Source: Candidatus Saccharimonadia bacterium
Lineage (GTDB): Bacteria > Patescibacteriota > Saccharimonadia > Saccharimonadales > Saccharimonadaceae
DNA: 64,000 bases
Assembly: GCA_023257815.1 (NCBI GenBank)
Contig: JALRBJ010000002.1
Coordinates: forward strand, 18,787 to 82,786
Direction of reading: 5' to 3'
The notes under the pieces are model-generated. The model saw only the letters and a program-made list of their open reading frames with translations, did not search any database and had not been told where the DNA came from. The position numbers and the translations under genes were made by a program. Positions within the stretch are counted from its first letter, which is position 1, and each line of letters opens with the position of its first letter. Below, one piece after another: positions 17,646 to 26,710 of this stretch.

Positions 17646-18692
17646 TTAGAACTGCCTCAAAAAGTCTAATTTTGCACTTTCAAAATGACGAACGTCTTCG
17701 ATACCATACTTCATCATCACCAATCGATCAACACCGCAACCAAACGCGAATCCTGTATATTCATTTGGATCAATATCGGCCGACTTCAAGACATTCGGAT
17801 GAATCATGCCGCAGCCAAGTAGTTCAATCCAGCCTTCGCCACTACAAACTTTACAGTCAGGGTTTTTACCTTCACAAAACGGACAGCTCAGTGCAAATTC
17901 AAAACTTGGTTCAGTAAATGGGAAATAGTAGGGATTCATACGAACATCAAGCTTTTTGCCGTAATATTCTTCCAAAAAGCTCTGTAGTGTTGCAACCAGC
18001 ATACCTGCATGAACATTTTTTGCCACATATACGCCTTCGGCTTGGTAGAACGTATGTTCATGGCGTGCATCAAGGTCTTCGTTACGAAAAACACGATCTG
18101 GTGAAATTACGGCTATTGCCTCGTTGTTCGCTAAGTTACCACGATATTTTTTAAGTATGCGATTTTGCATTGTTGACGTGTGAGGTGGTGCAATCAATGG
18201 CTCGCCATCTTTATCCTTTTCAACAGTCATAAACGTATCCCAATCGTCACGCGCAGGATGGCCTTTTGGGAAGTTTAAACTTTCAAACACATGGTACTGA
18301 TCGTCAAGTTCTCGACTCTCTTCAATCAAAAATCCCATTCGTTCAAAGATATTCGAGAGTGTACTGATCTCTTGCATAAGTGGATGAATTGAGCCATTTT
18401 CGCTCGGCAAAAATTCAGGTGCATTAGCGTTAAAATCCATAGGTGCTGTTACATCAATTGGCGGCAGTTCTTCTGCATTGTTTGATTCGGCCGTTACCAT
18501 AGCCTTTAGCTCAACAGACAATGCATTGATAGCCTGGCCAAACCCTGCACGCTCACGTGGTTCTAAAGTTGGAATACGCGCAAATAAGTCTTTAAGTTCG
18601 GGTGCTTTTAAAATATCACTCTTTTGCTCGAGCGTTTTATATCTTGCTAAAAGTTCCTCGCGTACAGACGCGACTAATTCGTCTAGATTCAT
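17646..18692 (-). CDS. pheS: Phenylalanine--tRNA ligase alpha subunit
   Basis: 348-aa ORF with class II aaRS motifs (HPARDDWDTF, FRNEDLDARHEHTFYQAEG, GFAFGCGVDRL). Confidence 0.9.
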   Translation of the reverse strand: MNLDELVASVREELLARYKTLEQKSDILKAPELKDLFARIPTLEPRERAGFGQAINALSVELKAMVTAESNNAEELPPIDVTAPMDFNANAPEFLPSENGSIHPLMQEISTLSNIFERMGFLIEESRELDDQYHVFESLNFPKGHPARDDWDTFMTVEKDKDGEPLIAPPHTSTMQNRILKKYRGNLANNEAIAVISPDRVFRNEDLDARHEHTFYQAEGVYVAKNVHAGMLVATLQSFLEEYYGKKLDVRMNPYYFPFTEPSFEFALSCPFCEGKNPDCKVCSGEGWIELLGCGMIHPNVLKSADIDPNEYTGFAFGCGVDRLVMMKYGIEDVRHFESAKLDFLRQF

Positions 18693-18710
18693 CTGTAAAA
18701 CAGTATACCG

Positions 18711-18950
18711 CTAGCGTGAGGCCACCACAAGCCATATCAGGGTAGCAACTACGACGATAATAATCAGTATCCAGAGCCACGCTAGACTAGTCGTCGTTTT
18801 GGTTTTTTCTAAATACGCCGAATCGTCTACGCCATCTGGTCGATCATGATCAGCTTCGAGTGATTTCTTTTTTGCTTTTTCGGCAAGTTCAGCAGCAATC
18901 CGCTTTTGTAATTCGGATCGTTCGCTGTCTTGTTGCATGAATAGTGCCAT
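18711..18950 (-). CDS. Small membrane protein
   Basis: 79-aa ORF with a charged N-terminal half and a C-terminal TM helix (LAWLWILIIIVVVATLIWLVV). Confidence 0.45.
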   Translation of the reverse strand: MALFMQQDSERSELQKRIAAELAEKAKKKSLEADHDRPDGVDDSAYLEKTKTTTSLAWLWILIIIVVVATLIWLVVASR

Positions 18951-19033
18951 CAGTATTTATTGTACACCCTCTTAACTCTTTTATAGCTTGTGCTATACTG
19001 GTGGCATATTTCTATTAAAGGAGGGAATATTCC

Positions 19034-19864
19034 ATGGCAACCAAGAAAACGGCCGCGTCGACCCGTAAAACGACCAAGAAACCGGCCTCATCAGCCAAGA
19101 AAACAACAACTAAAGTAACAACCGTTAAGGCATCTGCTGCCCCAGCTCGTGTTAGCAAGACTACTCGCTTTACATTAAGTCGAGCGCCCCTACTAGCTGG
19201 CTCAGTTGCAGAATTCCTTGGTACATTTATGTTAGCAGCTGTGGTAGTTATCACATCTGGCCAACCGCTGTTTATTATGTTTGCGCTGCTCGCCATTCTA
19301 CTTGTAGTAGGCGGTGTATCAGGTGGACACTTTAACCCAGCAATCACCATTGGTGCGCTTGCAACGCGTAGGATTACACTTGCACGTGCTGCCGCATACA
19401 TTGGTGCTCAAGTACTCGGTGGTCTACTAGCACTCGTTGTACTTAACGGATTCATCAGCGCTGCCCCAGAAGTAAGTCAACAAGCACAAGCCTTCGGTCA
19501 AGCCGCACCAAGTCTATTTAGCCCACAAGCAATTACCAAGGGCAAGGAATGGGTTGTTCTAGCTGCTGAATTACTAGGAGCAGTACTATTTACATTCGGT
19601 GTTGCAACTGCAATGCGTAAGAAGTCTGAAGTTACTCGTGCAATTACAGTTGCTGGATCACTTTACGTAGCCTTGTTTATTGCAAGCACAGCTGCTAGTT
19701 ACGTTGGCACAAGCGCCGTGCTTAACCCAGCAGTTGCTACTGCACTACAAATCTTCAAGCAGTTTGAGCTATGGCCTGTAATGGTTTACGCGATTACTCC
19801 ACTTGTTGGTGGTGTGCTTGGTTTCGCACTAAGCGACCTACTAAAAGACGAGTCAGAAAACTAA
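19034..19864 (+). CDS. MIP-family channel (aquaporin/glycerol facilitator) with Lys/Thr-rich N-terminal tail
   Basis: Two NPA boxes (HFNPAITIG and LNPAVA) and an AAAGGAGGG SD. The first ~45 aa are low-complexity and basic (TKKTAASTRKTTKKPASSAKKTTTK). Confidence 0.8.
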   Translation: MATKKTAASTRKTTKKPASSAKKTTTKVTTVKASAAPARVSKTTRFTLSRAPLLAGSVAEFLGTFMLAAVVVITSGQPLFIMFALLAILLVVGGVSGGHFNPAITIGALATRRITLARAAAYIGAQVLGGLLALVVLNGFISAAPEVSQQAQAFGQAAPSLFSPQAITKGKEWVVLAAELLGAVLFTFGVATAMRKKSEVTRAITVAGSLYVALFIASTAASYVGTSAVLNPAVATALQIFKQFELWPVMVYAITPLVGGVLGFALSDLLKDESEN

Positions 19865-19883
19865 TACTCTGCTCAGTCCTTGT

Positions 19884-19916
19884 AAAAAACCTCGCTTCTA
19901 AAAGCGAGGTTTTTTA
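19884..19916. terminator. Bidirectional intrinsic terminator
   Basis: aaaaaacctcgctt-ctaa-aagcgaggtttttt lies between the convergent aquaporin and rmuC genes. Confidence 0.8.
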
Positions 19917-19920
19917 CTAT

Positions 19921-20994
19921 CTACTCACCATTAGATGGCTTATCAAGAGCTAGTGGATCTACGCTACTTTCACCATTAGCAATCTTAACGATATCTTTAT
20001 CAACTTTACCAAGCTCTTTGTGGGCAGCGTTAAAGTGATTAATGGTTGTTCCAAGTGACGCACCTAGTTTTTGCATATATGTTTCGAACTTTGCAATGTG
20101 CGTACCAAGCTTCCCAACTCTTATTTGAATATCTTTCGCTTGTTCTTCAATCTGCAAACTACGCAATCCTTGCAGTACAGTTTGGAGATACGCCATAAAG
20201 CTGGTTGGACTCACAATAATCACGCGCTTGTCGCGAAAAGCATACTCAATCAAATCGCGCGAGCTACCCCCCTGACCAACGTTGTTAATCAATAAATCAT
20301 AGTACAAGGATTCGGATGGTATAAACATAAAGGCAAAATCCATCGTTTTCTCACTCGGGCGAATATACTTTGAGGTCTCATCTATTCGCAGCTTCAAATC
20401 ACCTTTGACTTTTTGAAGGTAATCTTCACGCTCCTTACCACTCGCCTCTATCATACGGTTATAGTTTTCAAGGCTGAACTTGCTATCGATAGAAAGTATT
20501 TGACCTTTCTCAAGAAAAATCACCGCATCCACAATTTCACCATCTGCGAATTTATATTGCATCTGGAATTGGCCAGGTGGTAAAACATTGTCGAGTACAG
20601 ACTCTAAATAATACTCACCAAACACACCACGTTGTTTTGGATTACTCAAAACATTCTGTAAGGTCTTAAGTTCATCGGCAACATCAACTACACGGCGATT
20701 TGTTTCATCTAATTTAGCAAGTCTCTGCGTTACGTCAGCTACAAGTTTTGCACTTTCAGTTAACTGTCTTTGCACCGACTGTTGCATAGTGGTATTGCTA
20801 CGCTCTAAACGATCCCCCATAGTTTGCTGCAACTGGCCGATCGAACGCGACAGTTCAGTTACGTCAGTTTTCATGAGCTCAACCGCGCTTGATTGCTTAA
20901 GCTCTTTCAAGCGTTGATTCAGCATATACACAACAATCGCAAACCCAAATACAACCGCAACTACTACCAAAATTACAAGTAAATCTTGTGTCAT
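19921..20994 (-). CDS. rmuC: DNA recombination protein RmuC
   Basis: 357-aa ORF with an N-terminal TM helix, a coiled coil and a C-terminal RmuC nuclease-like region (FAFMFIPSESLYYDLL). Confidence 0.8.
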   Translation of the reverse strand: MTQDLLVILVVVAVVFGFAIVVYMLNQRLKELKQSSAVELMKTDVTELSRSIGQLQQTMGDRLERSNTTMQQSVQRQLTESAKLVADVTQRLAKLDETNRRVVDVADELKTLQNVLSNPKQRGVFGEYYLESVLDNVLPPGQFQMQYKFADGEIVDAVIFLEKGQILSIDSKFSLENYNRMIEASGKEREDYLQKVKGDLKLRIDETSKYIRPSEKTMDFAFMFIPSESLYYDLLINNVGQGGSSRDLIEYAFRDKRVIIVSPTSFMAYLQTVLQGLRSLQIEEQAKDIQIRVGKLGTHIAKFETYMQKLGASLGTTINHFNAAHKELGKVDKDIVKIANGESSVDPLALDKPSNGE

Positions 20995-21024
20995 GCTAAT
21001 GATTATACAGGAAGTAGTGTCAAG

Positions 21025-21516
21025 CTAAGCACCAAGTGCCAAGCGAGCAAGCACAACAACCAGCGCAACAGCAACAACACTAATCACCAAACTGGTTGGC
21101 TGTACTAACCATGCAAATAATGCGTATGCAGTAGCAATTAAAAGCGTCATAACGATGGCTGCTGTAATAAGTGGCATGACTGCAACTAAACTAAACGCGC
21201 CCCATACACTTAATGCGATCCCTATGATTGCCAAAATCGGACGATAAATACGCTCCCTCACAAGCAACGTCAAACCAATAAACGAACCGATAATCACCGC
21301 TACGCCAGCCGCAATCTCATCTTTACTTTCACATCGCGCCAGGGCTACACCCTCGCGACACAATACCGGCTCAAATACAAAACGCTCTAGTACAGCGTAA
21401 AGTGCACATGTTACCAAACCTACAATCAAGCCATATATAAACACCGTAATTAGTGTTCGAACGCTCATCGTTGCCCACGCCGCGTGAGGATCTCTTGCCT
21501 CAATTACTCTTGCCAC
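21025..21516 (-). CDS. Hypothetical integral membrane protein
   Basis: 163-aa ORF with about four hydrophobic helices. No family recognised. Confidence 0.45.
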   Translation of the reverse strand: MARVIEARDPHAAWATMSVRTLITVFIYGLIVGLVTCALYAVLERFVFEPVLCREGVALARCESKDEIAAGVAVIIGSFIGLTLLVRERIYRPILAIIGIALSVWGAFSLVAVMPLITAAIVMTLLIATAYALFAWLVQPTSLVISVVAVALVVVLARLALGA

Positions 21517-21533
21517 GGGTTCGCTCCTCTTGT

Positions 21534-22055
21534 TTAGGATATTTTACCAGCTTTTGATGGTTTAGACCATTGTTTTATCCGTCCCGATTTTGATGCAGGT
21601 TCACGTTGTAGATACCAGCCAACGCCAAGACAAGCAATTGCCACACCACCCAAGACATCGAGTGGGCTATGAACAAGTGCGAGTACGCGCCCGAGCGCGA
21701 CTAGCAAAGTAAGCATTGTAAGCACGCTGGTTAGTAGCTTATGTTTTGTCTCAAACCATACTGCCAAAGTGATCGTAGTGCAAAATAATACGTGGTCGGA
21801 TGGAAACCCGGGGTTGTTAAGATATGACGCCCCAGCACTTGCTCCTATTAGCTCAAAAGGGCGTTGCAACTCGGGTTGATAGATTGCTCCAATTAGTTTT
21901 GCAAACAAATAAGCCGTTAGTCCAGCCATGAAGATACGGCAGTATGCCCTATAACGATGCTTATCCTCCAATTTAAATAGCAGTGCATATAGCCCGATCA
22001 ACACTACAGGTAGTACGGCGCCATCAGCTAGAATTTTTACAAGTACTTCGTACAT
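21534..22055 (-). CDS. PAP2-superfamily phosphatase
   Basis: 173-aa membrane ORF with PAP2-like motifs GFPSDHV and HSPLDVLGG. Confidence 0.55.
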   Translation of the reverse strand: MYEVLVKILADGAVLPVVLIGLYALLFKLEDKHRYRAYCRIFMAGLTAYLFAKLIGAIYQPELQRPFELIGASAGASYLNNPGFPSDHVLFCTTITLAVWFETKHKLLTSVLTMLTLLVALGRVLALVHSPLDVLGGVAIACLGVGWYLQREPASKSGRIKQWSKPSKAGKIS

Positions 22056-22103
22056 ACTTGGTCTATTATACGCCTGGTGCCGTGGTTTGATACAATAATT
22101 TGT

Positions 22104-22643
22104 ATGGCAAAACCACCTAAGAAAACTTCTAATGCAACGTTGAATCGATTGCGCGCCGCCGTGCTTGGTGCAAATGACGGTATTGTGTCTACTTCAAGTG
22201 TTGTCATGGGCGTTGCAGGTGCAAATGGCGACTCGCGAGCTCTTTTTACGGCTGGACTCGCCGCTTTAGTCGCCGGTGCATTATCAATGGCCGTAGGTGA
22301 ATATGTGTCGGTTAGTTCACAGCGTGATGCCGAGAAAGTCAATCATACACTTGGTCATCATGATGATGACTTCACTAATCCTTACCAAGCCGCTACTGCA
22401 TCATTTCTTGCTTTTACTTTAGGTGGATTAGTGCCTTTCATTGCCATAATTGCGGCACCAAACGGAGTAAAAATTCATGCGACAGTCATAGCAGTAACAC
22501 TCGCTTTGATTCTTACTGGATATTACAGTGCAGTTGTTGGTGGAGCTTCAAGACTACGAGCGGTTAGTCGAGTGATCGCAGGGGGGCTAATTGCCATGGC
22601 TCTCACCTATTTTGTAGGTGTGGCTTTCGGAACAATTCTATAA
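22104..22643 (+). CDS. VIT1/CCC1-family iron/manganese transporter
   Basis: LRAAVLGANDGIVSTSSVVMGVAGA is the typical VIT-family N-terminal motif. Start taken at MAKPPKK. Confidence 0.75.
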   Translation: MAKPPKKTSNATLNRLRAAVLGANDGIVSTSSVVMGVAGANGDSRALFTAGLAALVAGALSMAVGEYVSVSSQRDAEKVNHTLGHHDDDFTNPYQAATASFLAFTLGGLVPFIAIIAAPNGVKIHATVIAVTLALILTGYYSAVVGGASRLRAVSRVIAGGLIAMALTYFVGVAFGTIL

Positions 22644-22692
22644 CGGGCGTCTTCAGTTAATCTTCAGTATTACTGTGTAAAATCTGAATCAT

Positions 22693-22971
22693 ATGAAATG
22701 CCCAAACGATCAAACCACACTACTCATTAGCGAACGTCAAAATATAGAAATCGATTACTGCCCCGAATGCCGCGGCGTATGGCTTGACCGCGGGGAACTC
22801 GACAAATTGATCACAGCGAATAATGCCACACCATCCCAATCTTTTGATTACAATCAAAACACAAAGTCACCAGAGGTAGGTGCAGGACATCGATATGAAT
22901 CATCCTATAATTCTCACAATCCCAAGAAGAAAAGTCGCGAATCATTTCTTGGTGACTTATTCGATTTTTAA
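22693..22971 (+). CDS. TFIIB-type zinc-ribbon protein
   Basis: 92-aa ORF with CP...CPEC plus GVWLDRGELDKLI, as in the zf-TFIIB family. Confidence 0.6.
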   Translation: MKCPNDQTTLLISERQNIEIDYCPECRGVWLDRGELDKLITANNATPSQSFDYNQNTKSPEVGAGHRYESSYNSHNPKKKSRESFLGDLFDF

Positions 22972-23504
22972 GCAGCACTCGTAATAGTATCAAGGAGTTT
23001 TTGGGCTCGTTTTATAACCGCATTCGACTTGTGATTCAATTGAACTTCTAACAGGGCTCGTAGAGTTGCGTTGGTAATATCACCTTTTGCAGCAAAATAG
23101 GCAAGAGTTTTCATTGAATTGACTGCCACAATCCAGTCGACGTCAGTTGACTCAAGCCGCTGCTCCAGCCATGCTAGTGCTTGCTTTTTTTGATTAGTGT
23201 TCAACTTAACCTGCATATAAATTTCTGCAATGTGCCACTGAATTGATGGCTGAGTTCGATCGGATAAGTCTTTTTGCAATCTATCAACATATGGCTGTAT
23301 CCAATCAGAATGGCTACGACATATCTTTTCAAATGCATCAACCGCTCGCATTCGCACCCATGCATCGTCGTTACTAACTATCGTTTGATAGAGTTCTTCA
23401 AGACGAGAAGGTTCGTTAAGCACCAGCTCAATTACTTCATTAGCCCGTCCAAGCGAGTTCTTCTTTCCATCTTCGGCCAACATGGCCGCAAATGCTTCAT
23501 GCAT
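22968..23504 (-). CDS. HEAT-like helical repeat protein (possibly DNA alkylation-repair-like)
   Basis: 178-aa all-helical ORF (AWVRMRAVDAFEKI...). Only weak resemblance to AlkD-type repeats. Confidence 0.35.
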   Translation of the reverse strand: MHEAFAAMLAEDGKKNSLGRANEVIELVLNEPSRLEELYQTIVSNDDAWVRMRAVDAFEKICRSHSDWIQPYVDRLQKDLSDRTQPSIQWHIAEIYMQVKLNTNQKKQALAWLEQRLESTDVDWIVAVNSMKTLAYFAAKGDITNATLRALLEVQLNHKSNAVIKRAQKLLDTITSAA

Positions 23505-23558
23505 AGTACATATTGTAACAAATCACAACAGGCGATAGCCGTAGTATCGTTTTACGTG

Positions 23559-24173
23559 CTAAGACTTTGATGCAATTGAATCAATTCGCTCTAGAAGCTT
23601 TTTGCATGTCGTGTGCACAACACTGCCTAGCCCTAAAATAGGGCTCACAACTGGGTTAAAGCCTTCGATGCTAAATTTGTCTCTTATTTCGTGTAAAATC
23701 ATTTGCTCATCTGTGCCGCCATCATGATCGAAATGTCGCGAACCAAGTTTATTCGCAGCAAAGCTAATCACATCTTTATAGGAGTAATGGCCTGCTTCAG
23801 TGCAAAGGATAGGCAAAGCTAAAAAATCGTGCCTATTAAACCTCTGATTGCCATTAAACTCTTTGTGTGGACAAATCATCGTTTTACTGGGAGCATTAGC
23901 TATGACCGGAAATTCATCAAGGTGACTATGATACGTACTACCAAGAAATACTACTTCGAACCTGATCTTACGACTATGCTTATTCTTTAATTCAGGTATA
24001 TCCTTTAGGAGTGTCCCAAATATTCCGTTAGTATCAGACAGCAATATGTCACGAATAAGCCCTGCGGCTTCAATCGCATCAAATATACCACCGCTTTTGA
24101 TTGCCTTTCCAAGCTGCTCGGTTTTGTACCTAAATAGGCCGATTAATTCGGACTGACTTCTGCTATAGGTCAT
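23559..24173 (-). CDS. Hypothetical protein
   Basis: 204-aa ORF, no family recognised. Divergent from the TPR gene across an 80-nt spacer. Confidence 0.5.
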   Translation of the reverse strand: MTYSRSQSELIGLFRYKTEQLGKAIKSGGIFDAIEAAGLIRDILLSDTNGIFGTLLKDIPELKNKHSRKIRFEVVFLGSTYHSHLDEFPVIANAPSKTMICPHKEFNGNQRFNRHDFLALPILCTEAGHYSYKDVISFAANKLGSRHFDHDGGTDEQMILHEIRDKFSIEGFNPVVSPILGLGSVVHTTCKKLLERIDSIASKS

Positions 24174-24253
24174 TTGTTTATTATAGCAATTCCCCTACTT
24201 TCAAAACCGTAAGTGCTTCTTAAATATGGGTCTACCCTCTATACTTACTTGCA

Positions 24254-25534
24254 ATGAATGAGATTCCGCCGGCTATTGCAGACAAATTAGATAGTCTTTG
24301 GAATATTGCTGTAAAAGCAATCCAAAGTAGGAATTTTGATAGAGCCGAGAAAGCACTTAATGTAATCCTGAAGATTGATAAACACAATGCCACGGCCTAC
24401 AATCGACTTGGTATTATATATGCGCGCAAACGAGAATATAAAAAAGCTATACGCTCCTTCAAAAAGGCAAGTAAACTTGAACCATCGGCTGCTTCGTCGC
24501 ATAACCTTGGTTTAATTTATTATGAAGTTGGCAATTATAGAAAAGCTCAAAAGAATTTTGAAGTATCACTCGATATTGATTACAATTTAGCCTCAAGGCA
24601 TGTGGCGCTCGCCAAAGTTTACGAGAAACTAACCGAAAAAGACAAAGTACTGTACCACCTTGAAGAGGCTGTTAAACTAGAACCTACTAAAGAGTTGCAG
24701 ATTATCTATGTTGATGCGCTTGATCGATACGGTAAGTACAATAAATTCTCTAAAGAGATAATAGAAGCGCTGCGATATAACGAACAACCGTGGCACTACG
24801 CGACTATTAACGAATACCCCGTTCTACTGGAAAATTTAGAATACTCACACCTTAGCCTGCAGCGCCTGGTATTTAGCAAGCCAAGCAAAAGATTGACTCC
24901 CAGGTCAAAAAACGCACGCTTCCTAGCTATCGCATATCTTCATAATCTTTCAGCAGCAAACTACTTGCTTCGAAAAAACTACAGTATTGCAACAACCAAT
25001 ATTGCACGCAGCATGTACGAGATCAGCCTTAAGATCCAGTATGGGCTGAGTGCAAAATCAAATAGAGTGTTTGCAAGCATTGAACTAAGTGCACTTAATG
25101 GCAAAATAAATGCGAACCAACGCCTATTAAAAACGCTACCTGTTACTAATCCGATGTTCAGTCAGAAAGTTCAAGAAAATAAAAAAAGTATTAACGCCCG
25201 AAAGGCTTTGCATCGAAAATACGTTAACCTACAAAATGCACCCAGTCTTAGAAAAATCGCACTTGAACTAGATGGTGGCGTACCTGGTAAGAATTATTTC
25301 TTGTATGAAAAGCTGTACGAGAAAGGATCAGACATCCTTCATGCAAATGGCGAATCATTAAGTCAAACTATTACACTGGCTAAAACACGCCACGCTGGCA
25401 GTTTTGTCGACTCTTACGAATTACTAAAAACGCTTGATGAACTAACCAATGATTTAGGGAATCACTATTCTAAACTCCCCGAGCTAAGCCAAAAAGCAAA
25501 AACTGATTTTGGTAAGTCGCTTCAAAAGGACTAG
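24254..25534 (+). CDS. TPR-repeat protein with uncharacterised C-terminal domain
   Basis: 426-aa ORF. The first ~160 aa hold about four TPR units (AYNRLGIIYARKREYKKAIRSFKKASKLEP...). The remaining ~260 aa are unassigned. Confidence 0.65.
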   Translation: MNEIPPAIADKLDSLWNIAVKAIQSRNFDRAEKALNVILKIDKHNATAYNRLGIIYARKREYKKAIRSFKKASKLEPSAASSHNLGLIYYEVGNYRKAQKNFEVSLDIDYNLASRHVALAKVYEKLTEKDKVLYHLEEAVKLEPTKELQIIYVDALDRYGKYNKFSKEIIEALRYNEQPWHYATINEYPVLLENLEYSHLSLQRLVFSKPSKRLTPRSKNARFLAIAYLHNLSAANYLLRKNYSIATTNIARSMYEISLKIQYGLSAKSNRVFASIELSALNGKINANQRLLKTLPVTNPMFSQKVQENKKSINARKALHRKYVNLQNAPSLRKIALELDGGVPGKNYFLYEKLYEKGSDILHANGESLSQTITLAKTRHAGSFVDSYELLKTLDELTNDLGNHYSKLPELSQKAKTDFGKSLQKD

Positions 25535-25625
25535 TTTTGTTCTAGAAATGAAAGGAGGGCCCAAAGGCCACGGACGCGTGAACGTCCTCTCCTTCCGAGC
25601 CCTCAGAGAGGGTGGGTACAAGATA

Positions 25626-25970
25626 TCAGATGGTGAAGTCAACATCACCATACAATTCCTTGTACTTGGCAATCACCGCTTGCTTGATCCAGTCGGGTGC
25701 CGCTTGATACCAAGGTATCTCACAAGCTCGCTTCAGCCTCTCAATATCAAGGTGAAGCTCCTCATGGATCATCCTGCGAAACTCTTGTTCCTGTTGATCA
25801 GCCAGCCAATCTTGGTAGGCTTCCTCCCAGGCACGGTAGAGCTCATCCACGTCATGCTCAAGCTTATGGATGGCGCAAAGCCCATCACGCTTCAAGTAGA
25901 ATCCAACGATCCTTACCGGAAGCTCTGGTTCGCAGAGTACACAAGTTGGAGTGTGCGGGATCTTACGCAT
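25626..25970 (-). CDS. Hypothetical protein on a compositionally shifted segment
   Basis: 114-aa ORF (MRKIPHTPTCVLCEPELP...). AAAGGA lies 6 nt upstream of the ATG. G+C is visibly higher than the flanks. The overlapping + strand ORF looks like low-quality sequence. Confidence 0.45.
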   Translation of the reverse strand: MRKIPHTPTCVLCEPELPVRIVGFYLKRDGLCAIHKLEHDVDELYRAWEEAYQDWLADQQEQEFRRMIHEELHLDIERLKRACEIPWYQAAPDWIKQAVIAKYKELYGDVDFTI

Positions 25971-26153
25971 GAGAAATCCTTTTTTTCGATCCGATGATCT
26001 GGACGATCAGGTGGTACTGGGTGTACAACGTCTGCCTGATACGATTCTCATGTAGTGCTGTGATGCTAGGTGCTAAAGGTCATGGAGATCGAAGTTGTAT
26101 CCGCTCTTCACACGACATTCACCCCCCTTCTCTAAAAATAGGTGAATAAGTTT

Positions 26154-26182
26154 ATTATACCATACTTATCTAATTAAATCAA
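26154..26182 (-). promoter_or_regulatory. Sigma70-type promoter, TTGATT-N17-TGgTATAAT (minus strand)
   Basis: The reverse complement reads TTGATT, a 17-nt spacer, then an extended -10 TGGTATAAT. This would give a ~175-nt leader to the ATG at 25970. Confidence 0.45.
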
Positions 26183-26301
26183 CTAACTGACTGGTAATCT
26201 AACTTAATACAGCCTATTGAATCTACTTAGACTCTCTAACCTTAGTCATCAATTTTAAGTTCGATACATACTGTTGGCAATTAAGGCTTGGATAAAGACT
26301 C

Positions 26302-26544
26302 ATGTATTTCATGTGTTTATCAACGAATGACAGGCCGTCTTTATCGCTAGTTGAGTACATAGTACGAGTGTTATACTCCATACTTTTGGCCATCTTTGTT
26401 AACTCATTACGTAACTTAATGCCTTCTTCAGACTTGAAGAATGTACTTGATCTTGTATTGATATCGGCCTCTTTACTCGCTATTGCTATCGGATTTCATT
26501 ATATCATAAATATTGTAAAAAAATCCACAATACCGCATACTTAA
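26302..26544 (+). CDS. Possible small membrane protein
   Basis: 80-aa AT-rich hydrophobic ORF with no obvious SD. Weak call. Confidence 0.25.
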   Translation: MYFMCLSTNDRPSLSLVEYIVRVLYSILLAIFVNSLRNLMPSSDLKNVLDLVLISASLLAIAIGFHYIINIVKKSTIPHT

Positions 26545-26568
26545 TTACTGACCGATTGGAGGATAAAG

Positions 26569-26655
26569 ATGGCAAAGAAAAGAAACAGGCATAGCGCCGA
26601 TATAAAACGAGCGCGAAAACGAAAGCTCAAATCAAATAATCAGCATAACGCGTAA
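26569..26655 (+). CDS. Candidate 28-aa highly basic peptide (MAKKRNRHSADIKRARKRKLKSNNQHNA)
   Basis: GGAGG lies 6 nt upstream of the ATG, and the stop is followed directly by the 26662-26688 terminator. Below the ORF-track size cutoff. Confidence 0.35.
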   Translation: MAKKRNRHSADIKRARKRKLKSNNQHNA

Positions 26656-26661
26656 CTAATA

Positions 26662-26688
26662 AATATGACCCACGACGGGTCATATTTT
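26662..26688 (+). terminator. Intrinsic terminator
   Basis: aatatgaccc-acgac-gggtcatatt followed by TT. Confidence 0.6.
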
Positions 26689-26710
26689 AATAACAATGCG
26701 CACTTCGAGG

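Noticed and set aside
19015-19401. A 128-aa antisense ORF over the aquaporin 5' end.
   Set aside because: The sense frame has NPA motifs and an SD. The antisense product is low-complexity.
22037-22342. A 101-aa minus-strand ORF overlapping the PAP2 gene's 5' end and antisense to the VIT gene.
   Set aside because: It is antisense to a well-supported VIT-family gene and has no SD or recognisable features.
25509-25997. A 162-aa + strand ORF overlapping the 114-aa minus-strand ORF, plus the 25697-25972 ORF.
   Set aside because: No SD is present, and the translations look like irregular, non-protein-like sequence. The minus-strand ORF has an SD, an upstream promoter and a protein-like sequence. 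This remains an uncertain choice.
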